This document shows positions 24,672 to 35,712 of a stretch of DNA of 37,108 nt, one piece after another (the stretch's first letter is position 1; the number at the start of each line of letters is the position of its first letter). Under the pieces are notes generated by a model. The model saw only the letters and a list, made by a program, of their open reading frames with translations, made no database searches and had not been told where the DNA came from. Position numbers and translations under genes: made by a program. Origin of the DNA: Catajapyx aquilonaris (Eukaryota); the NCBI GenBank assembly GCA_000934665.2, contig JYFJ02003834.1, positions 1 to 37,108 of the forward strand. Direction: 5' to 3'.

Positions 24672-25044
24672 TAATAATAATAATATAATAATAATATAAT
24701 AATTGGGGTTTAGTGCACCGCCCTAGGGCATCGGCACAGTACCTTTATTTATGCTTAAATTTGTACAAGCTTGATACAGTTGGTCCTTTTGCCGTAACGC
24801 CCGGGTACCGCGAGCGATAGGGAGGATGACAGGAGGGGATGTGCAAGTGCAGTGCAATGACATATGTGGTCATTTTGTGAGCTCCCCTGGGTGGTTTAGT
24901 CTATAGAAAATACCACCCGAGACGAAGTCAGAGATGGCCCTAAACTCTGCACGAGATGAAGGGGGTGTCCCCGGGCTGGGATCGAACCCGGGACCTTAGC
25001 ATCCGTGGGCGCGCACGTTACCGCGGCGCCACTCAGTCTCCCTC

Positions 25045-25045
<1 letters not shown>
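24635..25045 (-). mobile_element. tRNA-derived SINE, family 5
   Basis: Head ...GGTCCCGGGTTCGATCCC. Body shares motifs with family 4 (GGGGAGC, ATGACC, TGCACTTGCAC). 3' end CACTAAACCCCAA followed by (TTA)n. Confidence 0.8.
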
Positions 25046-25082
<37 letters not shown>

Positions 25083-25340
25083 GATACCCTGTGATGGGCA
25101 TCCTTGGGCTCTTAGGGGATCATCTTTTCATGAACCGTCTTTAATCATTGCCTTTGCTGTGATGGATTTTGATTGTGAAAGGAAATGGGCGAACCCTGAA
25201 AAAACCCACGCGAACACGGAGAGAACCCATAGAAACTCTATCCGCATCAGACAGTATCTTCCGTCCAGCCCAGGGCTCGAACTCGGGACCTCCGAGGTGG
25301 AAGGCTGTGGCACTAACCACTACGCCACCGTGTCGCCCTC
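25046..25340 (-). mobile_element. tRNA-derived SINE, family 3 (V-SINE-like), uninterrupted copy
   Basis: Head GGGCGACACGGTGGCGTAGTGGTTAG...GTTCGAGCCC and (ATT)n tail. Outer TSD GTCCGGACAAAT at 24623-24634 and 25344-25355. Confidence 0.9.
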
Positions 25341-25508
25341 TGTGTCCGGACAAATGCATGACGTCCATGGGTGATAAACCCTAATTTTCTGACGAAACGA
25401 TGCTTCTGCAGCACCAAGTGTATTGGTGAAAACTGTTCCTTTCTAATCATTCTATCATTCCTAAAAATATGTGTACTTATTTCAGATGCATTGTAATACA
25501 CAGCTCAC

Positions 25509-25638
25509 CTTAAGAAAGCCAGCGTAGCTCAAGGTCTTCACTTTGATATGGTTCAAAAATCCATGAAATTTCCTGGCCTCATCAGTTGACACTACATCAT
25601 GTAGCATAGTGTTCTCCAATGACGGGCTGCAATGTACT
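25509..25638 (-). CDS. G2E3/PHF7-like copy B, internal exon
   Basis: tttcag|...AAG|gtgagc, phase 2 to 0. Encodes (R)VHCSPSLENTMLHDVVSTDEARKFHGFLNHIKVKTLSYAGFLK. Phases chain with both neighbours. Confidence 0.68.
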
Positions 25639-26182
25639 CTGAAATTTGACGCAAAATATTAATATTAATATAACTTACTGTGCAAGAGGACCATTGCAAG
25701 CAATGCATAAAAATTTTCCCACGACTGGTCATTAGTTCAACAAGCCACTACTAGATTATATGAATGGTTCTGAGTTTCATGAGGAGAAAGGGAAAAGCAG
25801 TTATGTTACAGGTGCAACTGTATAGGTTTAAAAAAAGTGGATGATTGAAAAATGTAGGCCCAGAGAGTGAAATTATGTATACCATTTCTTTGGTCAGAAA
25901 CATCTCTGCTACCGTATTACCTCTCATAAAGTGGCATACCGGTATAAAACGAGGTCAACCTGCATGCCGGAATAACCGAGGTAGATTTCCGTAATGTTGA
26001 TCCTCGCCAAATTTTTTGGAATGCATCTGCTACAGTACTAAAATAATGTTACAATGAAAACGGGCGAGTGTACAGGCAAGTTCTGTTGCATAAAAAATGT
26101 AGAGATTGTGACCAATCCCATCATCAGCCTGCTTTGACAGGGGAACCCCCAGCTCCAACATACTGTTTAAATAGATATTATT

Positions 26183-26480
26183 ACCGAAGCAGCAGTAGGT
26201 GAGGGGATATGGTATCCAGCTGCTAATGGGGAGGTCCGGGGATCAAATCCTGGGACCGGCAACTCTGACCGTGGTTTTCTGTGGTTTCCCACGGTCCCTC
26301 CAGGAAAATTCCGGAGTTGTTTCTGTAATGAACAGGCCACAGCCGCTTCCATCCATCCCTATCCCTTCCCAATAAGCGAAGCAAAAAGTAAAAAAGCAAA
26401 AAGTTCCTGACAAAAAAATTGGGATGAACTCCCCCCCTAAGGGAGCCAACGGCTCTATCACGGGGTAAATTATTATTATT
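26183..26480 (+). mobile_element. tRNA-derived SINE, family 1
   Basis: Homologous to 1185-1558. TSD AAATAGATATTATT at 26169-26182 and 26481-26494. Confidence 0.92.
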
Positions 26481-26592
26481 AAATAGATATTATTGCCAGG
26501 CATTGCAATTGAAAACAATATACGGTACGGGTACCCTATTCGGAAAATGTGCCTTTTCGATAGTCTTTACGTGAATTTCGATTTTCAGCCAA

Positions 26593-26860
26593 ATGGTCTA
26601 GTGGTTATGCCACTGGCCAGCCAAGTGGGAGGACGGGGTTCAAATCCCGTCACCTCTGCTTGGCCAGGTCTTTTTCCGCTTTTCACCCGACATGCTGGGG
26701 CAGAATTGCACTACCTACTCTGCCCAGGGCCAGGAGAAAAGGTCTGGTGTATTTCAGAAAGTCAGAAATGACTATAATTACAGCCCCCTCCCTTGGAACC
26801 TCCTCTTCCCCTCTCAAAGGGCTCCACCCTATCGCGGGGTAAATTTACAAAAAAAAAAAA
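26593..26860 (+). mobile_element. tRNA-derived SINE, family 2
   Basis: Colinear with the reverse complement of 8068-8374, with a poly-A tail. Confidence 0.88.
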
Positions 26861-27627
26861 TCTCATCATCGTTTAGAATGAACTGGGTCTTGCAATGAGG
26901 TATTCACTTGTTTTGCCTCCTGCATAATATTTTTGGCAGGTGAAAAGCCATAAAGGGTGACCAACCTGGGAAAGGCTCGGTTTGGCTGTGGCAGTACTGA
27001 ATATAGGCATAGAATATCTAGTCCACAGTTCAAAAAATGCTTCCATCAACATAGTGTTTGTCAGTACAGTAGCAGCTAAAAATGTCTGTCATCATGTGGA
27101 TACAATGAGTACGGGAAAACATTCTTTAACATCTGTCAGTACCACAATTAATTTGTGTCTGAAAGTGTCCCACACTGGAAGGCTATTTCGGCCAAGCCAT
27201 AAATATTTTATTTGTTGGGGAATAAAATAAAGACATTTGAAAAGAGTTTTCAGAATGTGAAATAGGTTGGTAATGTACATTTAAAAATCTCAACATGAAG
27301 TGAAGCCATGAAATCATTACTCACTAATACTGATTGGGAAATCTATAAAATGGGTCCAAAACAGTCCCGTAGATGGTACCAATCTTTAGCTTGTTGAAGC
27401 AGGTAACAAATGTAGGTTTCATACGTAAGTACTGACAGGGGGTGAGGGGTTAATTCAAGTCCCTAAATAGTCTGGTGTAAGTTCAATAAGAAGCCAATTT
27501 CCTGTGACAATAAAAACTGAGAGGGAAGGTCCACAGCAGCATGACATACTTTTTGAAGGGAGGGGAGGGCCCAGTGCAGCCCCTGGACACTTCTATGCCA
27601 GTCCAATAAAAAAGGCTGTGCCGTTAT

Positions 27628-28124
27628 CGCTTCCCACTCAGGCAATAGTGTATTCCCACTGGAATACTACTCGCTGGAACATAACGACTAGCGATCCTGA
27701 TGGTACAACTCTGCACTAACATGATTGTGCTACCAATAGGGCAACACCAAGATGGCTGCCGTATATGTTCCAGAGCAGCCCCGTTACTCCTACGATACGG
27801 TAGTTTAATTACAGAGTATCCACAAGCCCGGAATTTTGGCGCTCTCAAGCATCTATCACTGCCTGCCAACCGAATCCAGGTCTGCAAAAGGCCTCAGAGA
27901 AAAAGATGGCTTGGGTTGGTTCAGAAGGTGTCCACCCAAACGACCCGCCAATAGATTCTTGTGGAGCTGTGCCCGCGCCAAGTTCCAGCTCTGGCGGAGA
28001 CTCTGTAATTAAACTACCATCACCACAGGGCTAGGATGGAAAAAGCGGGGGGCTGTTCCAGAGAGTAGTATTCCACACCGTGATTCTATTGCAGATAATT
28101 ATACTAGCGCCAATGTGGGAAGGG
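27628..28124. mobile_element. Degenerate piggyBac-type MITE with nested inverted repeats
   Basis: Right end GTGGGAAGGG|TTAA and decayed left end TTAT|CGCTTCCCAC. Inner IRs GGAATACTACTC (27661/28074) and GGTAGTTTAATTACAGAGT (27799/28017). Confidence 0.6.
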
Positions 28125-28261
28125 TTAACGACACGCAAGATGGCGGCGAGTGTCCCGACCTATTCTTCTAAGACTGTGGCCCAGTGTGACAGTATGGGGG
28201 AAAGGTGGGGTCAAAAGCCAAAATCAGTATGACATACTGTACTTCATGAATGTTCCCATAC

Positions 28262-28491
28262 CTGTTTTGTGAACCAATAGCATGGTTGGAAACAGGATTT
28301 GTGCAAAATCCTTGGCAACTGTCTTCCTCCTCATTTGAAATCCTAGATTGGCTTGGAGATTTTGGAAGAGGTGAGGATAGTGGAGGGTCCTGGGAATCTG
28401 ACGAATCCACAGATGGTGCCGAGACCAGGGTTAAAAACTCAGCCTCTGAAGAATTTCCCGACAACACCAACTCAGATGGGTCACTCACAGG
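28262..28491 (-). CDS. G2E3/PHF7-like copy B, Ser/Pro/acidic exon
   Basis: ttctccctag|...AG|gtatgg, phase 0 to 2. Encodes PVSDPSELVLSGNSSEAEF...SNHAIGSQN(R). Confidence 0.75.
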
Positions 28492-30310
28492 CTAGGGAGA
28501 AATAGAAGAAGACATTAAAACATTACTGGTACTGCAACAATTTCGAAATACCTTTTAATGTTATCCAACAAGCAAACGAGATGGCCAGATGCATGTATCT
28601 GGTTATCGCTGGCCATCCCTGAATGGGATCGAGGCCATGAAGAATACAGAATATATAATATAATAGAACAAGCAAATAAAGGAAACCTAGGAAGAAATGG
28701 CTTACATCCATTTTCGCCGTTTTTATTTTTTTTGGATAAGAAATAAATGATCTAGGAAATATTAATTCTTTGATCGCCGTGTCCGTCCTCAACGGACAAA
28801 CATTTTGAGAATTTTTTGTAAGAAATCTATAAATCATAAATGAATGCGGGTTTCAGCATATTCACAAGCAAAAGACGCAGAATTCAACACAAAAATCACA
28901 TTCTCAAGTGCTTTTTCGGACTTTTTCGTATGACATCATCTTCCGGCAGTCATATTGGAAAAGGTTCTATGCGCAATGATAGAGATTGTATGAAGTCTAG
29001 CTCAATTCTGGGAATAAGTACTTAGTTAGATCGGGTTCTAAGAAACATTTTGCATAGGTTAGTTTTTTGATCCGGTATACTTCACCGCCAGGTTTTTCCT
29101 GACCCCCGAGTAGATGCGTCTATGTAGTTATAGCTGTTATGATACGCACAGCCATGACTGTGGGAGCGGCGCAGTAAATCTGGCGGGAGCAGCGATTCAG
29201 TGCGGTTCGAATCATATACGCGGTATGGGGCTAACACGTCACCTTGGTGAGATATTGAATTTTTAAAATACAATTACGTCATGCATGAGTCAAGTGGGGG
29301 GAGTAGAGGCAGTCCAAGAGGTAAGTTAATCATATCATAAGAAAGGATATAGTCCAAGATAATTTTTGTAGTGAACTCCAACAATTTTTAATGGAAGTTG
29401 CTCCTAATAATACATTGCATCACAGTTTGTCCCTATGGTATGATAATGTTCGATGAAAACATGAAATTCAGTTTTGTCCTACTAATTCTAGTCCTGGTTC
29501 ATGCATGGCCAGCAAAAAAAAAAAAAAATTGAGATGTTTTGATTAGATGTAGCACTAATTTTTGTGGGGCCTAATTCTTGGACATGTGACCAAAGGAATG
29601 TCATGCTCATTATCCTGGTTACATTTATCAGGAAAACTAATTCTATAGTTGCATTTTCCTCATCTTCCTCGTCCTTTTGTAATGCAGTGTTTCCAAGTTT
29701 GTGGGTCGATTTTAGTTATCACTAATGTCACCCGAAGTGGTAATTTTTGTGTCACTTGTTGCACCCCGATCTAGTTGCCTCATTACTCTCAGGTGGTCGA
29801 ACATAACAGTTGCTATAGAATAGGGTACCTGGTTAGGGGTGCAACAAGCTGCAAATAATAACAGCTTTTAGCAAAATTTCCTATAACTAAAAATTACCCA
29901 TGAACTTGGAACACCACGTGTATGTTTATTAGGTTTTGACCACTTCCATGAACTGAAAAAAGTCTGCAAAAAAATGGCTCATTTTCAGTCCTTTCCAAAA
30001 TTTCGCGATGCCTCCCCATGGTATTACGCGATATGAATGAAACTTTATATTTAGTATCATGGCATAAGTGTGTACTGCTGTGATTTTTTTTCAGCAGTAT
30101 CCGAGATTGTCTAGCAACATTTCGGCCCACTTAATTCGGAGTGATCTTAATATTGCGAGGTAGTTTGTCTTTTGACTGCGCCAAGGTCAAAAACGAAGTT
30201 CAGACAAAATGACAGGCCTTTATGAGTTACGAGTGACCTAAGGACCACAGAAACAGCAATGAATTCCCATGGACAACAACCACATTGCATAGTGGCATTG
30301 GAAGCAGTTA

Positions 30311-30553
30311 TGGGGTCTGATATATAAAATGGCCAAGTCCACATTTGGGGTGTGCAGCAATTATGTATTTGAATGTCATTGCGTTTTAATTGCACATTTC
30401 CATATGTAGCCGAACTGTGGCAACATAATGATATGGACGTATAAAAGTTTCATGATTGTACCAGTGAAAGTAAATAAAGTAATCATCAGTTTTATCGCTC
30501 ATTTTACAACTAGTTTTTTACAGTGGACTTGGCCATTTTTCATCTCAGATGGG
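30311..30553. mobile_element. Small degenerate MITE
   Basis: AAAATGGCCAAGTCCAC (~30326) pairs with GTGGACTTGGCCATTTT (~30523), with weaker outer complementarity. Confidence 0.55.
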
Positions 30554-30715
30554 TCAGTTCATGAGGTGTGTGAGAGTACCAGAATAAGGATGGTATAGTG
30601 AGCACTACTGAGACTACTGAGACTACTCTTCTAATGTGGGTTTCTTGGATAAACTACCCATAACTTATAGTACATCTACAGTAGCTAGTAAAATTGCAGC
30701 CCAAGTGGCACTAAC

Positions 30716-30841
30716 CTGGACAAAAACCTCTCTTCCACTTATATCATGTGGTGGGACAGGTGCCTGAGGATTAGCCATTTCCATATGTGTGCTTATAATC
30801 TCGCACTCTGGTTCAGAGGTGGGAGCTGGGTCTTCAACAAC
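30716..30841 (-). CDS. G2E3/PHF7-like copy B, repeat-module exon 2
   Basis: gtcctcag|...CAG|gttagt, phase 0-0, 42 codons: VVEDPAPTSEPECEIISTHMEMANPQAPVPPHDISGREVFVQ. Confidence 0.75.
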
Positions 30842-31964
30842 CTGAGGACAAATTCAACAAGTGTCATTTTCCATTACTCGAAACAACTACAGGTGGGCCA
30901 AAGTCCTGTCATCCCCTCATAACATTTGAACTCAAACTTGCCGAAACCCAAAAGAATTAGATTGTTTCACCGGAAAAAAAAAGTGGAGTGGTGGGGTAAT
31001 TAACAAAATGTGATAAATAATCTTCATTAAAATTATGTGAACTTCATAATGGATAATTATTACATGTAACAGAGCTACAGGAACACCAAAGTTAAAGTTA
31101 ATTTGACAGTTAACAACAGGTTTGGGGATGTGGCCTAAAAGTATCCCAAAACGAGAGCTTGTTCTACTGTCAGGAGATTTGTTGCAAGTACAGATTGAGA
31201 ATGTTAGTCATATGGGAGAGTTATGTTGCAAGGGACAAATTGCCAGAAAATTGTTTGTGATCAAGGCCTAAAAATAACAGTCAGTATTGTAGCACCATAC
31301 AAAGTCAAACACATTTTAATCAATAATTAGAAGTGCCTCCCAAAATAATCGTGAAATTGTACCAGAAACTGAACAAATTTCTGAGGATCAATGGAAGATG
31401 AGAGAAACCCATTGGAATTGCACAATTCAAAATACACCAATAATACTGGTGAAAAATGGGTTGTGTACAGTGCTTACAATGTAACTTCTCAAAAAAGGTA
31501 TTAGCCCTCCACTCCCCACCAGACACCTTAAGCAATCTGATTGGTGGAGCCAAGGTCGAGGGCCCCTGACCCACCAATCAGATTGGTGGGTACAAAGCCG
31601 TACAAAAGTAATGCCACTTTTGAAATCCTGCCGTGTATGCTTTAACCACAGAGGTCGCAATGTTTAGGACATGCCTATCTTTTTGAGAAGTTAGGCTGTA
31701 AGCACTGTAGTAAGAAGCAAAAACACTGGGCATAAGCTCAACTATGAGCTCAGCACACACATAATAATTGCAGCCCCTGCTGTGAACGTTATCCATCCTA
31801 CTTCTTGTAAGCCTACTGGACTGCCATGTCAGTGCCTCCCTGTTACCTGCTGTGCTAAATAAAACCAATCCTTTCCTGCCAGCCACCAACATTCACCATC
31901 ACCTCTTGGCTAGCCATAATTCCTGGACCCCATTACTTCAATGAAGAGCTTGTACTCGTATCTA

Positions 31965-32340
31965 TGAGGGTCAGTCAATGCATTCTCGGCCTGACATAGA
32001 AGGAGTTGACATATAAAGACATGCTACCACTAAATTGTAGTGGCACTCTCTAGACCAGCATCCGCAAAGTTTCATAGTAATTGCTTCATTCCAATGGGAG
32101 TCTTGAACACTTAAGATAGCGAAGGTATGGCCTCTTCTTACGATGGAAAATATCCACACCTCACGATTTGCACTGCCACTGGCAAAATGAGTTCCACACA
32201 CGATCTTTCATCTTTGGGAACGGGGGGTACAGTCCATAGTAGTCAGAGGAAGCCAAATCCCGGGGATGGGGGAGCAGTTTGAAGCCACAATAATCAGGGA
32301 CGAGTGAGGTGTGGGTATTCTCCATTGTAAAACCTTGTTC
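31965..32340 (-). mobile_element. Mariner remnant
   Basis: TA|TGAGGGTCAGTCAA terminus. The minus frame GFKLLPHPRDLASSDYY...FPKMK resembles the mariner HPPYSPDLAPSDY motif. Confidence 0.7.
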
Positions 32341-32345
32341 ATATA

Positions 32346-33284
32346 CCTTACCCAAATCCCATAGTTTATGCGTGCCCCCAAAAAGTGGAGGGATGGGATA
32401 GTAAACAAAATGTGACAAAAAATCCCAGTGAAGATTACATGGACTTTAGAATTGATAATGATGAAGAGTAACAATGGAGATCGGATGGCACCGAAGTTAA
32501 AGTGAATTTGACAGTTAACAACTGAAACAAATATTATTACACTTTGGACAGTGAATTTCTGTGGGGTCTGGTAATAATTGCTGTCACTACATTAATTTGT
32601 TACGTAGCAGGACATTAATTTTAATAATGAACCTGAGGGGCCACACAAACCTGAAGACAGCATTAAAATTAATTACAAAAAATCCACCACAGAATTTAGA
32701 AATGTCTATCACGGCTTGCAAATTTCGAATTTTCTGTGCATTTTTGAGTGCAGGGATTTAAAAAGCCATTTCACATTCATTCAATTGAAATATTTTATCG
32801 TAGCACATTGCACTGAGGTCTAAATACACAATGTCATCACATTTTGATTTATTAATAAATAACAATGTTAAATGTAGTTCAGCAAAGGGGTAGCAAATTC
32901 TGAAAACTTAAACGATATATCGACATTTTTAATTCAGCGACAAATTTTTTGTAATTAATTTCAATTCAGTCTTTGGGTTTGTGTGGCCCTTCAGGTTCGT
33001 CATTAAAATAAATCTCCTGCTATGTAACAAATTAATGTAGTGACAGCAATAATTATTACCAGACCCCACCTAAATTCACTGTCCAAAGTGTAATAATATT
33101 TTTTTCAGTTGTTAACTGTCAAATTAACTTTAACTCTGGTGCCATCCTAGCTCCATTGTTACTCTTCATCATTATCAATTTTAAAGTCCATGTAATCTTC
33201 ACTGGGATTTTTTGTCACATTTTGTTTACTACCCCACCGCTCCACTTTTTGGAGGCGCGCGTAAACTATGGGATTTGGGTAAGG
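32346..33284. mobile_element. Fold-back TIR element with ~340-bp arms and TA TSD
   Basis: TA|CCTTACCCAAATCCCATAGTTTA...TAAACTATGGGATTTGGGTAAGG|TA. 32346-32682 mirrors 32946-33284. Confidence 0.9.
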
Positions 33285-33383
33285 TATGAGTCAACACATT
33301 CGAGCGATTTTTAAGTTTTGCTATTTCGTGTCTTTTATGTCACGAAATTAGCGAATTTTTTGTTCGCAGATGGAAAATTTTCA

Positions 33384-33877
33384 GGGCATTCACGTAACTG
33401 CGATGCGATAAAACTTACTCGTTAGTTCGGGTTGGGTTATGGAGCACGAGCTGTGCAGCAGGGCAGGTACCAGGTACGTAGGACAGGGTTGGGATCGGAG
33501 TGGGCCGGGTTGGGCTGAGAAAGATGGCGGAGCCCTGTGCTGCGGAGGCAGCCGGCATGGCAGAGAAAATGCTGCTGAACTGACCTCTGAAGGGCGTCCA
33601 GGTCACAATGTACCAAGTGGGGCAGGAGCTGGGCATGGTGCGGAGGCTGGTCAGCTCGGGAGTTTGCGACAAAAAAATTGGTAACATCCGAGCTTGGGCA
33701 TCCGCATTCCCAACATGGCCGAGGAAGGCTTTTCCACGTGGCGGCGCTGGGTGGCTCGAACAAGCTCGAATATTTGGTCTATCTGGCTCTGACAGAAGGC
33801 TGCGATTTTGTGTTTAGCCGCGCAAATAACCAAAATTCGCTCGCGTCTTGAGGGGATTCGCCCATACATGAATGCCT
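33384..33877. mobile_element. Possible Harbinger-like TIR element containing a GC-rich coding-like fragment
   Basis: GGGCATTCACGTA / TACATGAATGCCT form an imperfect 13-bp inverted pair. No clear TSD. Confidence 0.4.
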
Positions 33878-34036
33878 TTTGTCAGAAGCTAATTTGCTGA
33901 AAGCTGAAACTCGCTTGTTTTCATGTTTAGTATCGTATATGTGAACACAGGTAGTTGGATTGTATTGTTGGTTTCCAGTTGTGCTAACTAGCAAATTGTT
34001 GTCAGTCAGAAAAGGATGAGTTGGCACAACTGAAAA

Positions 34037-35233
34037 GGGCAATTCCACGCGTTATGTACAGACCATCGGAAGCTGTATTGAGGTGTTTAGGAGTCCACCA
34101 CGGCTAGGTACTTGCCGTAATAGATTAACTGTTATGAAAATCAGATGCAGCGCAGATATGGAAGGTGAGGGACATCATGGAAATTTCATTCGATGGCCAT
34201 CCACGCGTGTGCGATTGTCTGAAATCTCGTTACGTACAATCCGTTACTGGACACCAGTTTCTGGGGTATATGCAACTAGGGGGAAACTCTGCGGAATTTG
34301 ACAGCACAGGTTTCGCAGCTCAAGTGCATGTGGGGCAGTAGGGTGCGAGGAACCTCATCATGCCATTAGATTGGGAGAATTCTCATTTTGAACGTGAAAA
34401 CATTTGAGATATCCACCCGTTACGTACCACCTGGCATCGTTACGTACAACCTACAGCGATTTCTGGGAGTAGCATAAATTTTTGGAGATTGGAATGTCTG
34501 TGAATTCATAATCTTATAACGGCACCGAAGCAGGTTGGCATAGTGGATAAGGCGTCCGACTGCTAATCGGGAGGACCTGGGATCAAATCCCGGGGCCGGC
34601 AACTCTGACCGTGGTTTTCTGTGGTTTCCCACGGTCCTTCCAGGAAAATTCCGGAGTTGTTTCCGTAATTAGCAGGCCACAGCCGCTTCCTTCCGTCCCT
34701 ATCCCATCCCAAAAAGTGCAGTAAAATGAAAGCAAAGAGTTCCAGGCAAAAGAAAAACTTCCCCCCTAAAGACCCGAAAAAGGCTGATAACGGGGTATGA
34801 ATTATAATTATTATTATTATATAATCTTATAATGGCTCCGCTGCACTGAAATAGGAACTAGGTCAGTTTTTGCCCTTTGGATACCTTTTGGTGTGGCTGT
34901 GGAAGGTCAGACATTCATGAATGCAGCAAAGTGATTGCACAGATCGATGTTGCATTTTGTGACCTTGAATTATATGAAGACGTCTGTCTCTCTTCCTTTC
35001 ACATATCGGTACAGCGAATAACCAGCTGGCAATGCGCATTAGCCGAACGGATATCACAGAGCGCACGCTTAGATACTCTGGGAATAATACTGCGTTGTTG
35101 GGAATGATACTGTCACAAACTAACATGGCTAAGGAAACCATGGTCCACATGCTATCGGTTTTAGTCACTCAGATTCCAACTGCGTCAAGATGTAAGAACC
35201 GGACCCCATGTCTGCTCTTTCGTGGAATTGCCC
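34037..35233. mobile_element. Sola-like non-autonomous TIR element hosting a SINE
   Basis: AAAA|GGGCAATTCCACG...CGTGGAATTGCCC|AAAA, with internal CGTTACGTAC repeats. Confidence 0.75.
34524..34820 (+). mobile_element. tRNA-derived SINE, family 1
   Basis: Homologous to the other two copies. TSD ATAATCTTATAA(C/T)GGC at 34508-34523 and 34821-34836. Confidence 0.92.
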
Positions 35234-35712
35234 AAAACCAATAATTCAATCCGATTACCTATGTATCCTAATTTTAGAGTCACCTTGTACATCCTTGTAT
35301 GTCCCAGGACTACATCATCCCCCTACCTTCAAATGCCTGTACATACACATTCAATAAAGGCATATTACACCTAGGTTGAGGATCCCGGAGAAGACTGTAC
35401 ATCAATGTGGTCTTGTTGACATAATGACCATTGCCTTCGGCTGGATATGGACATGCCTAGCACCAAATATTAGCTTTGGTATACAGACGACCTTCAAGAG
35501 GAAAGCTTTTTTGATATCTGGAGCTTTTTGTTTTTTTTGTGTTTCAAATAAGAGACTGTGTTCCTGATTTAGTGTCATCCAAATGAGCTATTAAAATTGG
35601 AGACTCTTAGTAATAATTAATGATTTTGTGGCGCAGTATAGCCTCTGCTGCTCTTGTGCCATAAAACCTCAATATCAATCAATCAAATTGGAGACTGTAA
35701 AATATCACTCAC

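Larger units (their letters stand above)
24223..25493 (-). mobile_element. Tc1/mariner-superfamily deletion derivative with transposase remnant, hosting two SINEs
   Basis: ~120-bp imperfect TIRs with TA flanks. The minus frame at 24330-24632 reads ILHEDL...SPADFPP...CQWLLQ...LTDEAT, resembling the first catalytic Asp motif (FTDEA) of insect Tc1-like transposases. Confidence 0.8.

Noticed and set aside
26910..27160. Candidate exon (R)HKLIVVLTDVKECF... after a tttcag acceptor
   Set aside because: The frame stops after ~21 codons and the other frames are also closed. It cannot be distinguished from chance.
34524..34602. Functional tRNA genes (also the heads at ~1490-1555, 8300-8370, 14300-14375, 24970-25045, 25265-25340, 26185-26260)
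   Set aside because: Each continues into a shared SINE body, tail and TSD, and the acceptor stems are imperfect.
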